Assembly: GCA_965222605.1 (NCBI GenBank)
Contig: OZ244960.1
Location: 1,344,001-1,408,000, forward strand
Source of the DNA: Candidatus Latescibacterota bacterium
GTDB lineage: Bacteria > Latescibacterota > UBA2968
Direction: 5' to 3'
Length of the DNA: 64,000 nt
Under the pieces are notes generated by a model. It saw only the letters and a list, made by a program, of their open reading frames with translations. It searched no databases and was not told the origin of the DNA. This document shows positions 10,013 through 20,721 of the stretch, piece by piece (position 1 is the first letter of the stretch; every line of letters starts with the position of its first letter). The position numbers were made by a program, and so were the translations under genes.

Positions 10013-11518
10013 ATGTCTCAACCCAACATACTCATGATCATCTCAGACCAGATGACGCCCTTTCTCACGGGTGCTTATGGACATTCCGTCGTCCAAACAC
10101 CTGCGCTAAACTCATTGGCAGAAAACGGCATTCGCTTTGATGCGGCCTATACCCCCTTTCCGCTCTGTTCACCTGCACGTGCCTGTTTCATGACAGGAAA
10201 CAATGCCGCAAAAATCGGAGCGTATGACAACGGTGCTGAACTCCGCTCAGACATCCCCACTTTTGCCCACCATCTCACCCGCGCCGGATATGACACCGTC
10301 CTATCTGGCAAAATGCACTTCATAGGCGCAGATCAACTCCACGGCTTCAGCCGCCGCCTCACCACAGACATCTACCCGGAAGATTTCCGGTGGGTCAAAC
10401 CCGAATGGATTCACATCAAGGAAACCAGAGGGCAAAATTACCAGGCCATCATGGAACAGCGGGGCAGGTATAACGCCGCCAATTACGACGGTCACAAGCT
10501 CCAAATCGACACATGGCACGGCCCCCTCAGCTACGACGAAGAAACGCATTTCCGTTCACTGGAATACCTCCACGCGGTCGGCACGCAAAAAAATCCCAAA
10601 CCCTTCCTCCTGTGCGCGTCTTACCACCATCCCCACGAACCCTTTTGGCCGCCCCAATCCTATTGGGATATGTACGAAAATGCGGACATCGAAATACCCA
10701 CCCTGCCAGACAACCTGGACGACACATACTCCATGATGGACAAATGGCTCAACGCCTATCACGGCACGCGCAAACACGACCTGCGCGACCCGGACGCACT
10801 CTACAAACTGCGCCGAGCATATTACGCACTCGTCACATACATGGACGACAAAGTGGGAGAACTCCTCGCCTCCCTAAAAGAAAATGGCCTGGACGACAAC
10901 ACCATAGTAATCTTTTTTTCCGATCACGGCGATATGCTCTGCGAAAAAGAAATGGTACAAAAACGAACCTTCTACGACTGGTCCAGCCGCGTACCCTTCT
11001 TTATCCGCTTTCCAGATCAGTACAAAGCCGGCAGCACAATCGACCAGCCCGTCTCGCTCATTGACCTGTTGCCCACCTTATGCGATATGGCGGGATTGGA
11101 AGATCACTACCCCTGCGATGGCACCAGCCAGATGCCACTCATTGAAGGCACAGAAACAGAAGATCGAGAAATTTTTGTTGAAGCCCACGAAGCTGTTGGC
11201 GCGCCCTGCGTCATGATTCGCAAAAATAATTACAAATACAATTATATCCACGGGCACGAGCCGCAACTTTTTGACCTCGACGCTGACCCCGGCGAATGGA
11301 ATAATCTCAGCGGTCAGCCAGACCATGCCGAAATCGAAACCTATCTTCGCACGCGCATCCTCGACAGCTATGACCTCGACGCCATAGCCGAAGCCAATTT
11401 AGACAGCTTGTATCGCAGGCAACTCATCCATCAAGCAATGCAAGCCAATGGTACATCCTGGGCGTACAATCCCAGCTTTGACCCAACCAAAAACGCGCAG
11501 GCACAATATCTTCCATGA
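10013..11518 (+). CDS. sulfatase, choline-sulfatase-like
   Basis: PNILMIISDQ, CSPAR FGly motif, GKMHF, SDHG. Confidence 0.9.
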   Translation: MSQPNILMIISDQMTPFLTGAYGHSVVQTPALNSLAENGIRFDAAYTPFPLCSPARACFMTGNNAAKIGAYDNGAELRSDIPTFAHHLTRAGYDTVLSGKMHFIGADQLHGFSRRLTTDIYPEDFRWVKPEWIHIKETRGQNYQAIMEQRGRYNAANYDGHKLQIDTWHGPLSYDEETHFRSLEYLHAVGTQKNPKPFLLCASYHHPHEPFWPPQSYWDMYENADIEIPTLPDNLDDTYSMMDKWLNAYHGTRKHDLRDPDALYKLRRAYYALVTYMDDKVGELLASLKENGLDDNTIVIFFSDHGDMLCEKEMVQKRTFYDWSSRVPFFIRFPDQYKAGSTIDQPVSLIDLLPTLCDMAGLEDHYPCDGTSQMPLIEGTETEDREIFVEAHEAVGAPCVMIRKNNYKYNYIHGHEPQLFDLDADPGEWNNLSGQPDHAEIETYLRTRILDSYDLDAIAEANLDSLYRRQLIHQAMQANGTSWAYNPSFDPTKNAQAQYLP

Positions 11519-11532
11519 GAATAGGGGGAAAA

Positions 11533-12447
11533 ATGTCCAACAACACACCATTTATCGTCGATAAAAACCTCGGCGCCAACATGACCGTCGAACCGGAAGA
11601 CCTCACGCAAACCAACGCCGATGGAGAACCTGTCATCGCGCCAACGCAAGAAGAAAAATATCTCTTTGATGCGCGCGGTTGGTTGCTTTTTCCGGGCGTC
11701 CTATCCGATGACGACATACGCGACATGCGCGAATTTGCACTACGGGTCAAACACAACCCGCAATCGCTACCAGAACACGAACAATCCTACGTGGCCGGCC
11801 CATTACAAAAACTTGCCGACCACCCCATAGTCGTTGGCTTTATGAACGAATTTGTCGCACATCCCCATCTCGCCAGCCCCGATGGCTATGGCTTTCGCAT
11901 GGAGGCATCCGGCATTCGATTCCGCTCGACGCGCACCGGCGAAGTCGGTGGATTTCGCCCGCACAATGGCAACGGCCTATTTCGCTTTGCAATCGACTCG
12001 CACCATTATCAGTGCATCCCCGGCAAAGCGTATAGCGGTCTAACCCGCGTGGTTTGGGAACTCGCCCCCGTACAAAAAGGCAAAGGTGGAACCCTCGTGG
12101 TCAGCGGCAGCCACAAAGCAGCCTTTGCCGCGCCAGAATCCATTCACGACCCGAACTCACCCATCTGGGACACCTACGAATGCCCAGCCGGCTCACTGCT
12201 CTTCTTCACCGAAGCCATCACCCACAGCGCCACCCCCTGGACGGATGAAACAACCGACCGCGTCGGTATCTTCAACCTCTACAACACCATCGGCTGCAAA
12301 TGGAGCAACTGGCATCCACACCCGGACCTCCTCGCATCCATGCCGTCCAAACGCCAGAGCCTGTTTCGAGATGTCCGCTGCTCAAACAACCGCATTGGCG
12401 GCAACGGCCACTATCACGGTGCAAATCTCAGTGAGATGAAAAAATAA
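11533..12447 (+). CDS. PhyH-like Fe/2OG oxygenase with HxG instead of HxD
   Basis: KYLFDARGW, PHNG, GGTLVVSGSHK, TEAITHSA; start at MSNN after GGGGG RBS. Confidence 0.75.
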   Translation: MSNNTPFIVDKNLGANMTVEPEDLTQTNADGEPVIAPTQEEKYLFDARGWLLFPGVLSDDDIRDMREFALRVKHNPQSLPEHEQSYVAGPLQKLADHPIVVGFMNEFVAHPHLASPDGYGFRMEASGIRFRSTRTGEVGGFRPHNGNGLFRFAIDSHHYQCIPGKAYSGLTRVVWELAPVQKGKGGTLVVSGSHKAAFAAPESIHDPNSPIWDTYECPAGSLLFFTEAITHSATPWTDETTDRVGIFNLYNTIGCKWSNWHPHPDLLASMPSKRQSLFRDVRCSNNRIGGNGHYHGANLSEMKK

Positions 12448-12482
12448 GCAGGTCGTTAAAACAAAAAATTCTGGAGACTTTT

Positions 12483-13799
12483 ATGCCGAATCTATCTAAT
12501 CGTCCCAACATCCTCTTCTTTTTTCCCGACCAACTTCGCTTTGATTGGATCGGCAGCAATCCCGACATTGCCGTACGCACACCCAATTTGGATCGCCTGG
12601 AAAAAAACGGAGTAACATTCTCCAAAACCGTCTGTCCCGCGCCAGTATGCGCGCCCAGTCGCGCTTGTGTTGCAGCCGGCACAGAATACGACAACTGTCC
12701 GGTCAAAGGAAACAGCGACGACTATCCCACAGACCGCGCCACCGTTTACAGCCTGCTCCGCGACAGCGGGTACCACACAATGGGCTGTGGCAAATTCGAC
12801 CTCAACAAAGGCACCTGCACATCCAACTTGCCAGCCTGGGGACTGGCTGGCAAACACCATTTGAAAGAATGGGGATTCTCGGACGGCATCAACAACGAAG
12901 GCAAAATAGACGGCGCCAACAGCGGACGCGAAAAACCGCAAGGACCCTATTTGCAATACCTCGAAGTGCGCGGCCTGCGACAAATACACCTCAAAGACTT
13001 TTCCAACCGCAAGGGCCAGAGGAGCACATTTGCCACGCCACTGCCCGATGACGCCTATTGTGACAACTGGATCGGACAAAATGGCCTGGACCTCATTCAA
13101 GCGGTCCCCGCGGACAAGCCCTGGTTCATACAGGTCAATTTCAACGGCCCCCACTTGCCCCTGGACATCACGGAAAGCATGGCAAAACTCTACGAAGGCG
13201 TTGACTTCCCGCAGCCAAACCGCAACGACCAACTCACGCCCGATGAACACCTCGGAGCCAGGCGAAACTACTCCGCCATGGTCGAAAACATCGACCGCTG
13301 TGTTGGTCTCTACCTGGACCTGCTCGAAGAAAGGGGCGAGTTGGACAATACCCTCATCGTCTTTTCCTCGGACCACGGTGAAATGCTCGGCGACCACAAC
13401 GCCTGGGGCAAGGGCAAACCCCTGCACCCCTCGGCCAGCGTGCCCCTCGTCATCTCGGGACCGGGTGTACAACAGGGCATAACCCATGACATGCCCACGA
13501 CCAACCTGGACCTCACTGCCACCTTCCTCGACTACGCAGGCTTAGACATTCCCGACGACATGGACAGCCGCTCCCTCCGCAATCTCCTCGAAGGCAATAC
13601 CGCCACGCATCGGGACATCGTCCTCTCCGGCCTTGGCAACTGGCGCATGGCTTATGATGGCCGCTACAAATACATCGAAGGATTTGGCGACACACCCATG
13701 CTCTTTGATCTCGACACCGACCCACTCGAAAACAACAATCTCATCGACGACCCGGGCGTCTCAGCGCATGTTGAGCGGCTGAAAGCAGAGTTGATATAA
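12483..13799 (+). CDS. sulfatase
   Basis: RPNILFFFPDQ, CAPSR, GPH, SDHGEMLGDH. Confidence 0.9.
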   Translation: MPNLSNRPNILFFFPDQLRFDWIGSNPDIAVRTPNLDRLEKNGVTFSKTVCPAPVCAPSRACVAAGTEYDNCPVKGNSDDYPTDRATVYSLLRDSGYHTMGCGKFDLNKGTCTSNLPAWGLAGKHHLKEWGFSDGINNEGKIDGANSGREKPQGPYLQYLEVRGLRQIHLKDFSNRKGQRSTFATPLPDDAYCDNWIGQNGLDLIQAVPADKPWFIQVNFNGPHLPLDITESMAKLYEGVDFPQPNRNDQLTPDEHLGARRNYSAMVENIDRCVGLYLDLLEERGELDNTLIVFSSDHGEMLGDHNAWGKGKPLHPSASVPLVISGPGVQQGITHDMPTTNLDLTATFLDYAGLDIPDDMDSRSLRNLLEGNTATHRDIVLSGLGNWRMAYDGRYKYIEGFGDTPMLFDLDTDPLENNNLIDDPGVSAHVERLKAELI

Positions 13800-15139
13800 T
13801 GAATAACCATCGTCCCAATATCCTCTTCTTCTGCTCTGACCAGCACCAGACCGCTGCGTCGGGATGTTATGGTCACGCAGAAGTACAAACCCCAAATATC
13901 GACCGCATTGCAGCATCTGGCATCCGCTTTAACAGAGCCTACTGTCAGTCTCCCGTCTGTGTGCCCGCACGCGGCTCGATCATCACCGCGCAATATCCCC
14001 ACACGCACGGCGCGCGCATCTTACAAGATGCCCTATCCCCCGACACGCGCACCATTGCCCATCACTTTGCCGAACACGGCTATCAAACCGGTGCCATAGG
14101 CAAAATGCACTTTGTGGATGAAACGCAAAAACACGGATTTGATTATCGCCTGGAAATGGGAGACTTCCGAAAATCACTCACAGATAGAGAATGGCGGGAA
14201 CTGCGGCGAGATCAGGGCGGTGGAGGTGGCACCTCGGGACGACCGTCCAAATTGTCTGCGCGCTATTTTCAAGACACGTATTACGCCGACGAAACCGTGC
14301 GGTATTTGCGCGAAAAAAGGGATCCCGACAAATCCTTTATCCTCTGGTCATCCTACTTCATGCCGCACACGCCACTCGTCCCCATGCAGCAATACTTCGA
14401 CCTCTACCATCCCGAAACCCTCACCTTGCCCCAACGCAGTGACAACGCGCTTGAAACCGGCTTTGAAGGCCATTCCATTCGCGCCAAACAGCGGGGGTGG
14501 TACACGCAAACAGACGAGGAACTCGGCCGCGCACTCGCCGGATACTACGGCAACATCAGCCAGATGGATGCGTGCATCGGCAAAGTACTCGACGCACTCT
14601 ACGACCTGGGCCTCGACCAGGACACCATCATCGTCTATACCTCCGATCACGGCGAAATGGCCGGCGCACATCGCATGTGGACCAAACACAACATGTATGA
14701 ACAATCGGTCTGCGTGCCGCTCATCATCCACCTGCCCGGAGACATCGACGCCAACACCTCGCACAATCACCTCGTCGAACATGTGGATATCTATCCCACA
14801 CTCGCCGAATTGTGCAACTTGCCCATCCCGGAAAATATCCACGGACGCAGTTTTGCCCCTTTGTTTGACAACCGAATCTACCAGCCGCGCGAATGCGTTT
14901 ACTCCGAATACGATTTTTGTCACGGCGTCTTCACGCGAGACAATCGGTATGTGGGCAAACCGCCAATCCTCATGGTCCGCACAGATCGATGGAAACTCAA
15001 TTATCTGAGCTGGGCACGCTCTGAACTCTTTGATCTCGAAAACGATCCGAATGAATTTCGCAACGTCATTGACGACCCCGCAAATGCCAGTATCGCACGC
15101 GAACTCATCGCCATAGCGAAACGGATGTATGAAAACTGA
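13799..15139 (+). CDS. sulfatase
   Basis: RPNILFFCSDQ, CVPAR, GKMHF, SDHGEM; TAATG stop/start overlap with upstream gene. Confidence 0.9.
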   Translation: MNNHRPNILFFCSDQHQTAASGCYGHAEVQTPNIDRIAASGIRFNRAYCQSPVCVPARGSIITAQYPHTHGARILQDALSPDTRTIAHHFAEHGYQTGAIGKMHFVDETQKHGFDYRLEMGDFRKSLTDREWRELRRDQGGGGGTSGRPSKLSARYFQDTYYADETVRYLREKRDPDKSFILWSSYFMPHTPLVPMQQYFDLYHPETLTLPQRSDNALETGFEGHSIRAKQRGWYTQTDEELGRALAGYYGNISQMDACIGKVLDALYDLGLDQDTIIVYTSDHGEMAGAHRMWTKHNMYEQSVCVPLIIHLPGDIDANTSHNHLVEHVDIYPTLAELCNLPIPENIHGRSFAPLFDNRIYQPRECVYSEYDFCHGVFTRDNRYVGKPPILMVRTDRWKLNYLSWARSELFDLENDPNEFRNVIDDPANASIARELIAIAKRMYEN

Positions 15140-15166
15140 CGCATCAACACAACAAAGGAGCGCATT

Positions 15167-16090
15167 ATGCCTACTTTTCAAATACCCGACGGCACAAAAG
15201 TCAGGATGAGCGGGAAAGAACTCACATTTGGGGAAACCATCTTCTCGCCGAGGGAATCCAACGATATCCTCACAGACACGGAAGCATTGAGACAGCGAAT
15301 GGAAGAAGACGGATATCTCATCATTCGCAACTTCCACAACCGCGAAGACATCATGAAAGCGCGAAAAGAAATTGTCGATCACATGGAAAGTCAGGGCCTG
15401 CTCGCCGCGGGATCCGCACTTGAAAATGCCATCATAGGCGATAAAAATCGCTCCACGCGCTTCAAAGACAGCCTGGTCAAAACATGGCCCGGCTTTCTCA
15501 ACATTGTAGATGGTAAAAACACAATGGACTTTTTTGGGCGCTTTTTGGGCGGTCCCGCTCGCTCGCTCGATCACAAATGGCTGCGCGCCATCAGAACGGG
15601 GGGCAATGCGGGGATGCACTGCGATATTGTATATATGGGCGCGGGCACCAATAATCTCTATACCATGTGGACAGCTCTGGGCGATATCACGCTCGACATG
15701 GGACCACTCGCCCTCTGCATGGGATCGCACAAACTCGAACGCCTTCGCAATACCTACGGCGCATCGGATGCACACGACGACTTGATCCAGGGCGCGTTCT
15801 CCAACGACCCCTACGATGTCATGGAAACCCTCGACATCAAATGGGCCTCCACGCCATTTCAAGCCGGTGATGTCGTCATTTTTGGCATGTACTTCATGCA
15901 CGCCTCTCTCGAAAACACCACCAACCGCTTTCGCATCAGCAGCGACACGCGCTATCAACTCGCCACAGAAGTCACTGACCAGCGACACATGGGCAAAAAT
16001 CCCGACGAAATACCCAAAGCAGATCTATCCGAACGCAAGTCCATCGAGGAATACCGCGTGGAATGGGGATTGGTTAAGGAGACCTCTTGA
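15167..16090 (+). CDS. PhyH family Fe/2OG dioxygenase
   Basis: MEEDGYL, MHCD, GSH, AGDVVIFGMYFMHAS, RISSDTRYQ. Confidence 0.85.
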   Translation: MPTFQIPDGTKVRMSGKELTFGETIFSPRESNDILTDTEALRQRMEEDGYLIIRNFHNREDIMKARKEIVDHMESQGLLAAGSALENAIIGDKNRSTRFKDSLVKTWPGFLNIVDGKNTMDFFGRFLGGPARSLDHKWLRAIRTGGNAGMHCDIVYMGAGTNNLYTMWTALGDITLDMGPLALCMGSHKLERLRNTYGASDAHDDLIQGAFSNDPYDVMETLDIKWASTPFQAGDVVIFGMYFMHASLENTTNRFRISSDTRYQLATEVTDQRHMGKNPDEIPKADLSERKSIEEYRVEWGLVKETS

Positions 16091-16091
16091 A

Positions 16092-17162
16092 ATGTCAGGT
16101 ATCACACAACACAAACCCGACAAAGCTTATGAAGGATACACCCTCTTTTCAGAAACCTTCTCGGAACCAAACTGGGAAGTCGGCAAAGAAGCCGTGGTGT
16201 ACCTCATCGACATGAACGGAGAACCCGCCCACAAATGGCACCTCACGCAGCACACCGTCCAGTCCCACTGTCGATTGCTACCCAACGGCCATCTTCTCGT
16301 GCCCACCCACGATCGCTCGGGCGTCACGCAGTGCAACAATGTCGGCATTTTTGAATACGATCCCGATAGCACACTCGTCTGGCGCGTGCGCTGTCGCACC
16401 GACCACGACTATCAGGTGCGCGACAACGGCAATCTGCTCATCCACACGCTCAACGAAACCATGTGCCCGCCCCTGGGACCTGAACTCAAGCGCCACCCGT
16501 ATATGATTGAGATTACGCGAGACAAAGAACTGGTCTGGGAGTGGAAAGGCGAAGAGCATTTGGAAGACCTCGAAGCATGTCTGTCTCCCGAAGCATGGCA
16601 ACACGTTCTGGACCGCGCCACCGGACGGTTTGCCTTTGACTGGGCGCACAACAACACACTCCAGCTCATCCAGCCCAATAAAAACGAAGGTGACGCGCGC
16701 TTCAAACCCGGCAACATCTTCTTCTCCTATCGCAGCAACGACGTCATCGGCGTAATTGACTACGACACTGGCGAAATTGTCTGGGCATGGGGACCCGGCA
16801 TCATCGACGGACAACACAAACCCCACATGCTCGCAAACGGGAATGTACTGATCTTCGACAACGGCACCCTGCGCGGATATTCTCGCGTAATTGAACTCAA
16901 TCCCCTCACCGAAACCATCGAATGGGAATACGTCGCAGAACCCAAAGAAGCGTTCTTCAGCGCGGCCATTTCCGGCGCCCAGCGCCTGCCCAATGGCAAT
17001 ACCCTGATATGCGAAGGCGGCAAGACCCGACTTTTTGAGGTCACGCCAGATGGGGAAATTGTCTGGGAGTTTATCAACCCCTATCGCCATGAAAACGGAC
17101 GCCCCGTCATCTATCGCTGCTTGAGATATTCACCCGAATACGTAGCCCCTCTTCTAGCCTGA
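16092..17162 (+). CDS. aryl-sulfate sulfotransferase (ASST)-like beta-propeller protein
   Basis: AYEGYTLF, DWAHNN, GQH, LIFDNG, SGAQRLPNGNTLI; true start MSGITQ lies inside ORF 15816..17162. Confidence 0.8.
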   Translation: MSGITQHKPDKAYEGYTLFSETFSEPNWEVGKEAVVYLIDMNGEPAHKWHLTQHTVQSHCRLLPNGHLLVPTHDRSGVTQCNNVGIFEYDPDSTLVWRVRCRTDHDYQVRDNGNLLIHTLNETMCPPLGPELKRHPYMIEITRDKELVWEWKGEEHLEDLEACLSPEAWQHVLDRATGRFAFDWAHNNTLQLIQPNKNEGDARFKPGNIFFSYRSNDVIGVIDYDTGEIVWAWGPGIIDGQHKPHMLANGNVLIFDNGTLRGYSRVIELNPLTETIEWEYVAEPKEAFFSAAISGAQRLPNGNTLICEGGKTRLFEVTPDGEIVWEFINPYRHENGRPVIYRCLRYSPEYVAPLLA

Positions 17163-17198
17163 GTGATCTTACTGCGCCATAAAACCAAGGAAAGTAGC

Positions 17199-18770
17199 AT
17201 GCGCTTCTTCAACACTACCGGTCCCGTCCGCCCCAAGGAACATTACAGCATCCCGCCGTTGGACCGCCTGGACCTCGAAAATATGCTGACCCTCATCCGT
17301 CAACAAAAGTACTTCGCGATACACGCACCGCGGCAAACGGGCAAGACATCCGCCCTCTTAGCGTTGCGCGATCTGCTGAACAGCGGCACCGAAGGGGACT
17401 ACCGCTGCGTGTACGCAAATGTCGAGGCCGGGCAGGCAGCGCGAGAAAACATTCAGGAGGCCACGCGGGCGATTCTAGACGAACTGGCCTTGCGCGCTCA
17501 GTTGACACTCAGAGACGACTTTGTAGATGAGAGATGGTTCGATATCTGGACGCAGTCCGGACCCAATAGCGCGCTCAGACGGGTCTTAATCCAGTGGGCG
17601 CAAGCCGACCCGAGGCCGCTGGTACTGCTCATCGACGAAATCGACGCGCTGGTGGGCGACACGCTGCTGTCCGTACTGCGCCAGTTGCGGTCCGGCTATG
17701 ACCTCCGTCCAGAGGCTTTTCCACAAAGCGTCATCCTGTGTGGGGTGCGCGACGTACGAGACTACCGCATCCATTCGAGTTCCCAAAACGAAATTATCGC
17801 TGGCGGCAGCGCGTTCAACATCAAGGCTGCCTCTCTGCGCCTCGGCGACTTTTCGCGGGCCGAAGTCACGTCATTGCTGGCGCAACACACAGCGGAAACG
17901 GGGCAGGCATTCAGGCCAGAAGCTCTGGATAGGGTGTGGACGCAATCACAAGGCCAGCCGTGGCTGGTGAACGCGCTCTGCGCCGAAGCCTGCTTTGGGA
18001 ACAAACGTGACCGCGACCAACCAATCTCGGAGGACGACATCCTTGAGGCGCAGGAGCAACTCATCCTTCGCCGCGAGACGCATCTGGACCAACTCGCGGA
18101 CAAGTTGCAGGAGGACCGCGTGCGTCGCGTGGTCGAGCCGCTGCTGAGCGGTGGTGACAAGCGCGATTTTTCCGCCCGCGATATCGAGTACGTCCGCGAC
18201 CTCGGTCTGATCGCACACGAAGATCCGCTTCATATCGCCAATCCGATTTACGCGGAAGTCGTACCGCGAGAACTTAACTACTTCGCCCAAGCGGGTCTCG
18301 TTCAGGACACTGCCTGGTATGTAGATGCCGATGGCGGCCTGGATGTGGTCAAGTTGCTGACCGACTTCCAGGCGTTTTTTCGCGAGCACTCCGAGCATTG
18401 GGTTGAGCGATTCGAGTACAAGGAGGCTGGCCCGCAACTGCTCTTACAAGCGTTCCTGCAGCGCGTGGTAAACAGCGGCGGTCGCATTGAGCGCGAGTAC
18501 GGCCTGGGCCGGGGGCGCACGGACTTGCTCATCGTCTGGCCGCAAGGGAACCGGACGCGCCGGTTCGTGATTGAGTGCAAAATTCTGCACAAAAGTCTGG
18601 AGCAAACCATCGCCGAGGGAATCGAACAAACCGCTGGCTACATGGACCGTTGCGCGGCAGAGGCGGGCCATCTCGTGATTTTCGACCGCGGCGACAGCCC
18701 ATGGACAGACAAAATCTTTCATCGCCATGCGCTGGTGAACGGTGTCCGCATTGATATTTGGGGTATGTAA
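17199..18770 (+). CDS. AAA-like ATPase with C-terminal PD-(D/E)XK nuclease-like domain
   Basis: MRFFNTTGP, Walker A APRQTGKT, Walker B LLIDEID, GRGRTDL...VIECK, QTAGY. Confidence 0.85.
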   Translation: MRFFNTTGPVRPKEHYSIPPLDRLDLENMLTLIRQQKYFAIHAPRQTGKTSALLALRDLLNSGTEGDYRCVYANVEAGQAARENIQEATRAILDELALRAQLTLRDDFVDERWFDIWTQSGPNSALRRVLIQWAQADPRPLVLLIDEIDALVGDTLLSVLRQLRSGYDLRPEAFPQSVILCGVRDVRDYRIHSSSQNEIIAGGSAFNIKAASLRLGDFSRAEVTSLLAQHTAETGQAFRPEALDRVWTQSQGQPWLVNALCAEACFGNKRDRDQPISEDDILEAQEQLILRRETHLDQLADKLQEDRVRRVVEPLLSGGDKRDFSARDIEYVRDLGLIAHEDPLHIANPIYAEVVPRELNYFAQAGLVQDTAWYVDADGGLDVVKLLTDFQAFFREHSEHWVERFEYKEAGPQLLLQAFLQRVVNSGGRIEREYGLGRGRTDLLIVWPQGNRTRRFVIECKILHKSLEQTIAEGIEQTAGYMDRCAAEAGHLVIFDRGDSPWTDKIFHRHALVNGVRIDIWGM

Positions 18771-18871
18771 GCGGCGCAAAGAAATTTCATGAAGAAATCC
18801 CAAAATCTGCCTCAAACGGAATAGTGGTCAGTGCTTTGCTGCACCATGCATTTTATATAAGGAGTTTATCT

Positions 18872-20584
18872 ATGCCTTCTCCCAACGTAGTCTTTGTAAT
18901 TACCGATGATCAGGGCTATGGCGATCTTGGATGTCACGGCAACAACATCATCCAGACGCCCAACCTCGACGAGCTTTATACCGAAAGCGTGCGCTTTACC
19001 AATTACCACGTCGGCCCCACCTGCGCGCCCACCCGAGCGGGCATTATGACGGGACGCTATTGCAACTGCACAGGCGTATGGCACACCATTGCCGGACGCT
19101 CGCTATTGCGCCAGGACGAAACCACCATCGCCGATTTTTTCAAAGCAGCGGGATATCGCACCGGCATGTTTGGCAAATGGCACCTGGGCGACAACTACCC
19201 ATTTCATCCACACAACCGGGGCTTTGACACGGTAGTTTACCACGGCGGCGGCGGCGTACACCAGACCCCTGACTACTGGGGCAATACCTATTTCAATGAC
19301 ACGTACTTCCGCAATGGCGTACCTGAAAAATTCAGAGGCTACTGCACGGACATCTGGTTTGACGAAGCCAAAAAATTTATCGAAGACTGTGACGACACGC
19401 CCTTTTTCTGCTATATCCCCACCAACGCGCCGCACGGTCCCTTCAACATAGCCGACCACTACCGCGAACTCTACAACGGCGAGGGCTTGCCCGGCCAGCG
19501 CGACCGCTTTTACGGCATGATCACCAACATCGACGAAAACGTCGGCCTCATGCGCGACTTCCTCCGCGAAAAAGGATTGGAAGAAAACACCATCTTCATC
19601 TTCATGACTGATAATGGCACGGCCAATGGCTGCAACCTCGACGGCAATGGCTATGTCACAGATGGCTTCAACGCTGGACTACGCGGAAAAAAAGGCTCGG
19701 AATACGAAGGCGGACATCGCGTACCCTTCTTTTTTCACTGGCCCGCGGGTGGATACACCAGCGGACGGGACATCGATACCCTCATTGCCAACATCGACTT
19801 CTTGCCCACCCTTTGCGACCTCTGTGACGTTCCCATCTCCGATGACGCCCGCGAACGCATCAATGGCATCAGTGTCAAACCCCTTCTCGAAGACACGGAC
19901 GACTGGCCCGACCGCACAATCGTCACAGACTCACAGCGCGTGGAAAATCCCATCAAATGGCGCAAATGCGCGACCATGACACAGCGCTGGCGGCTCATCA
20001 ACGGCGAAGAACTCTACGACATGGACATCGACCGCGAACAACGCCACAATGTCGCCGAGCAGCATCCCGAAGTCGTCGCCGAACTGCGCCAACACTACGA
20101 AGACTGGTGGACACTTGTCTCCGAACGCTTTGGCGAAGACGTGCCCATCATCGTCGGCTCTGAACGCGAACCCGTCTCTGTGATCACCACCCACGACTGG
20201 CACAATGAAAACAGCGAATCGGCCTGGAATCAGGCCGCGATCCGCCGCGGGATGGAATGCAATGGTCGCTGGGCAATTGACGTGGCCGAAGCGGGTGATT
20301 ACACCTTTGAATTGCGCCGATGGCCCCGCGAAGAAAACCGAGCCATCACCGAAGGCATCCCCGGCAAACTCACGCCCTACTACGGCGGCAACGCGATTGT
20401 CGTCAGCACCGCCCACATCAAAGTCGCGGGAGAAGAACAAGCGCAATCCATCGGCCCAGAAGACAGAGACATCGCCTTTACCTACACCCTCCAGGCCGGT
20501 GAAACGAGCCTCGAAACCGAACTCACTGATGAGAACGGCATTTCGCTGGGGGCGTATTACGTGTATGTGGAAAGGGTGGGATGA
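18872..20584 (+). CDS. arylsulfatase
   Basis: PNVVFVITDDQGYGD, CAPTR, GKWHLG, TDNG; AAGGAG RBS. Confidence 0.92.
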   Translation: MPSPNVVFVITDDQGYGDLGCHGNNIIQTPNLDELYTESVRFTNYHVGPTCAPTRAGIMTGRYCNCTGVWHTIAGRSLLRQDETTIADFFKAAGYRTGMFGKWHLGDNYPFHPHNRGFDTVVYHGGGGVHQTPDYWGNTYFNDTYFRNGVPEKFRGYCTDIWFDEAKKFIEDCDDTPFFCYIPTNAPHGPFNIADHYRELYNGEGLPGQRDRFYGMITNIDENVGLMRDFLREKGLEENTIFIFMTDNGTANGCNLDGNGYVTDGFNAGLRGKKGSEYEGGHRVPFFFHWPAGGYTSGRDIDTLIANIDFLPTLCDLCDVPISDDARERINGISVKPLLEDTDDWPDRTIVTDSQRVENPIKWRKCATMTQRWRLINGEELYDMDIDREQRHNVAEQHPEVVAELRQHYEDWWTLVSERFGEDVPIIVGSEREPVSVITTHDWHNENSESAWNQAAIRRGMECNGRWAIDVAEAGDYTFELRRWPREENRAITEGIPGKLTPYYGGNAIVVSTAHIKVAGEEQAQSIGPEDRDIAFTYTLQAGETSLETELTDENGISLGAYYVYVERVG

Positions 20585-20589
20585 AGCGA

Positions 20590-20650
20590 GGGGCTGGGGA
20601 CTGGGGACTGGTGGGTTGGGACTGGGGACTGGTGGGTTGAGTGGTTGGGC
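20590..20650 (+). repeat. G-rich heptamer-based tandem repeat
   Basis: exact 21-bp unit GGGACTGGGGACTGGTGGGTT at 20597 and 20618; related inverse copy at ~22661-22687. Confidence 0.8.
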
Positions 20651-20721
20651 GGGCTGACTGCTGACCGCTTGGGATGGATGGCGGAGGGGTTGAGTGAGCT
20701 TTCACCTATAAGAGAAACACA

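Noticed and set aside
14348-15988. 546-aa antisense ORF (also 12492..13487, 35623..36705, 43743..44825 and similar)
   Set aside because: These lie opposite well-supported genes and have no motifs; they are shadow ORFs caused by codon bias
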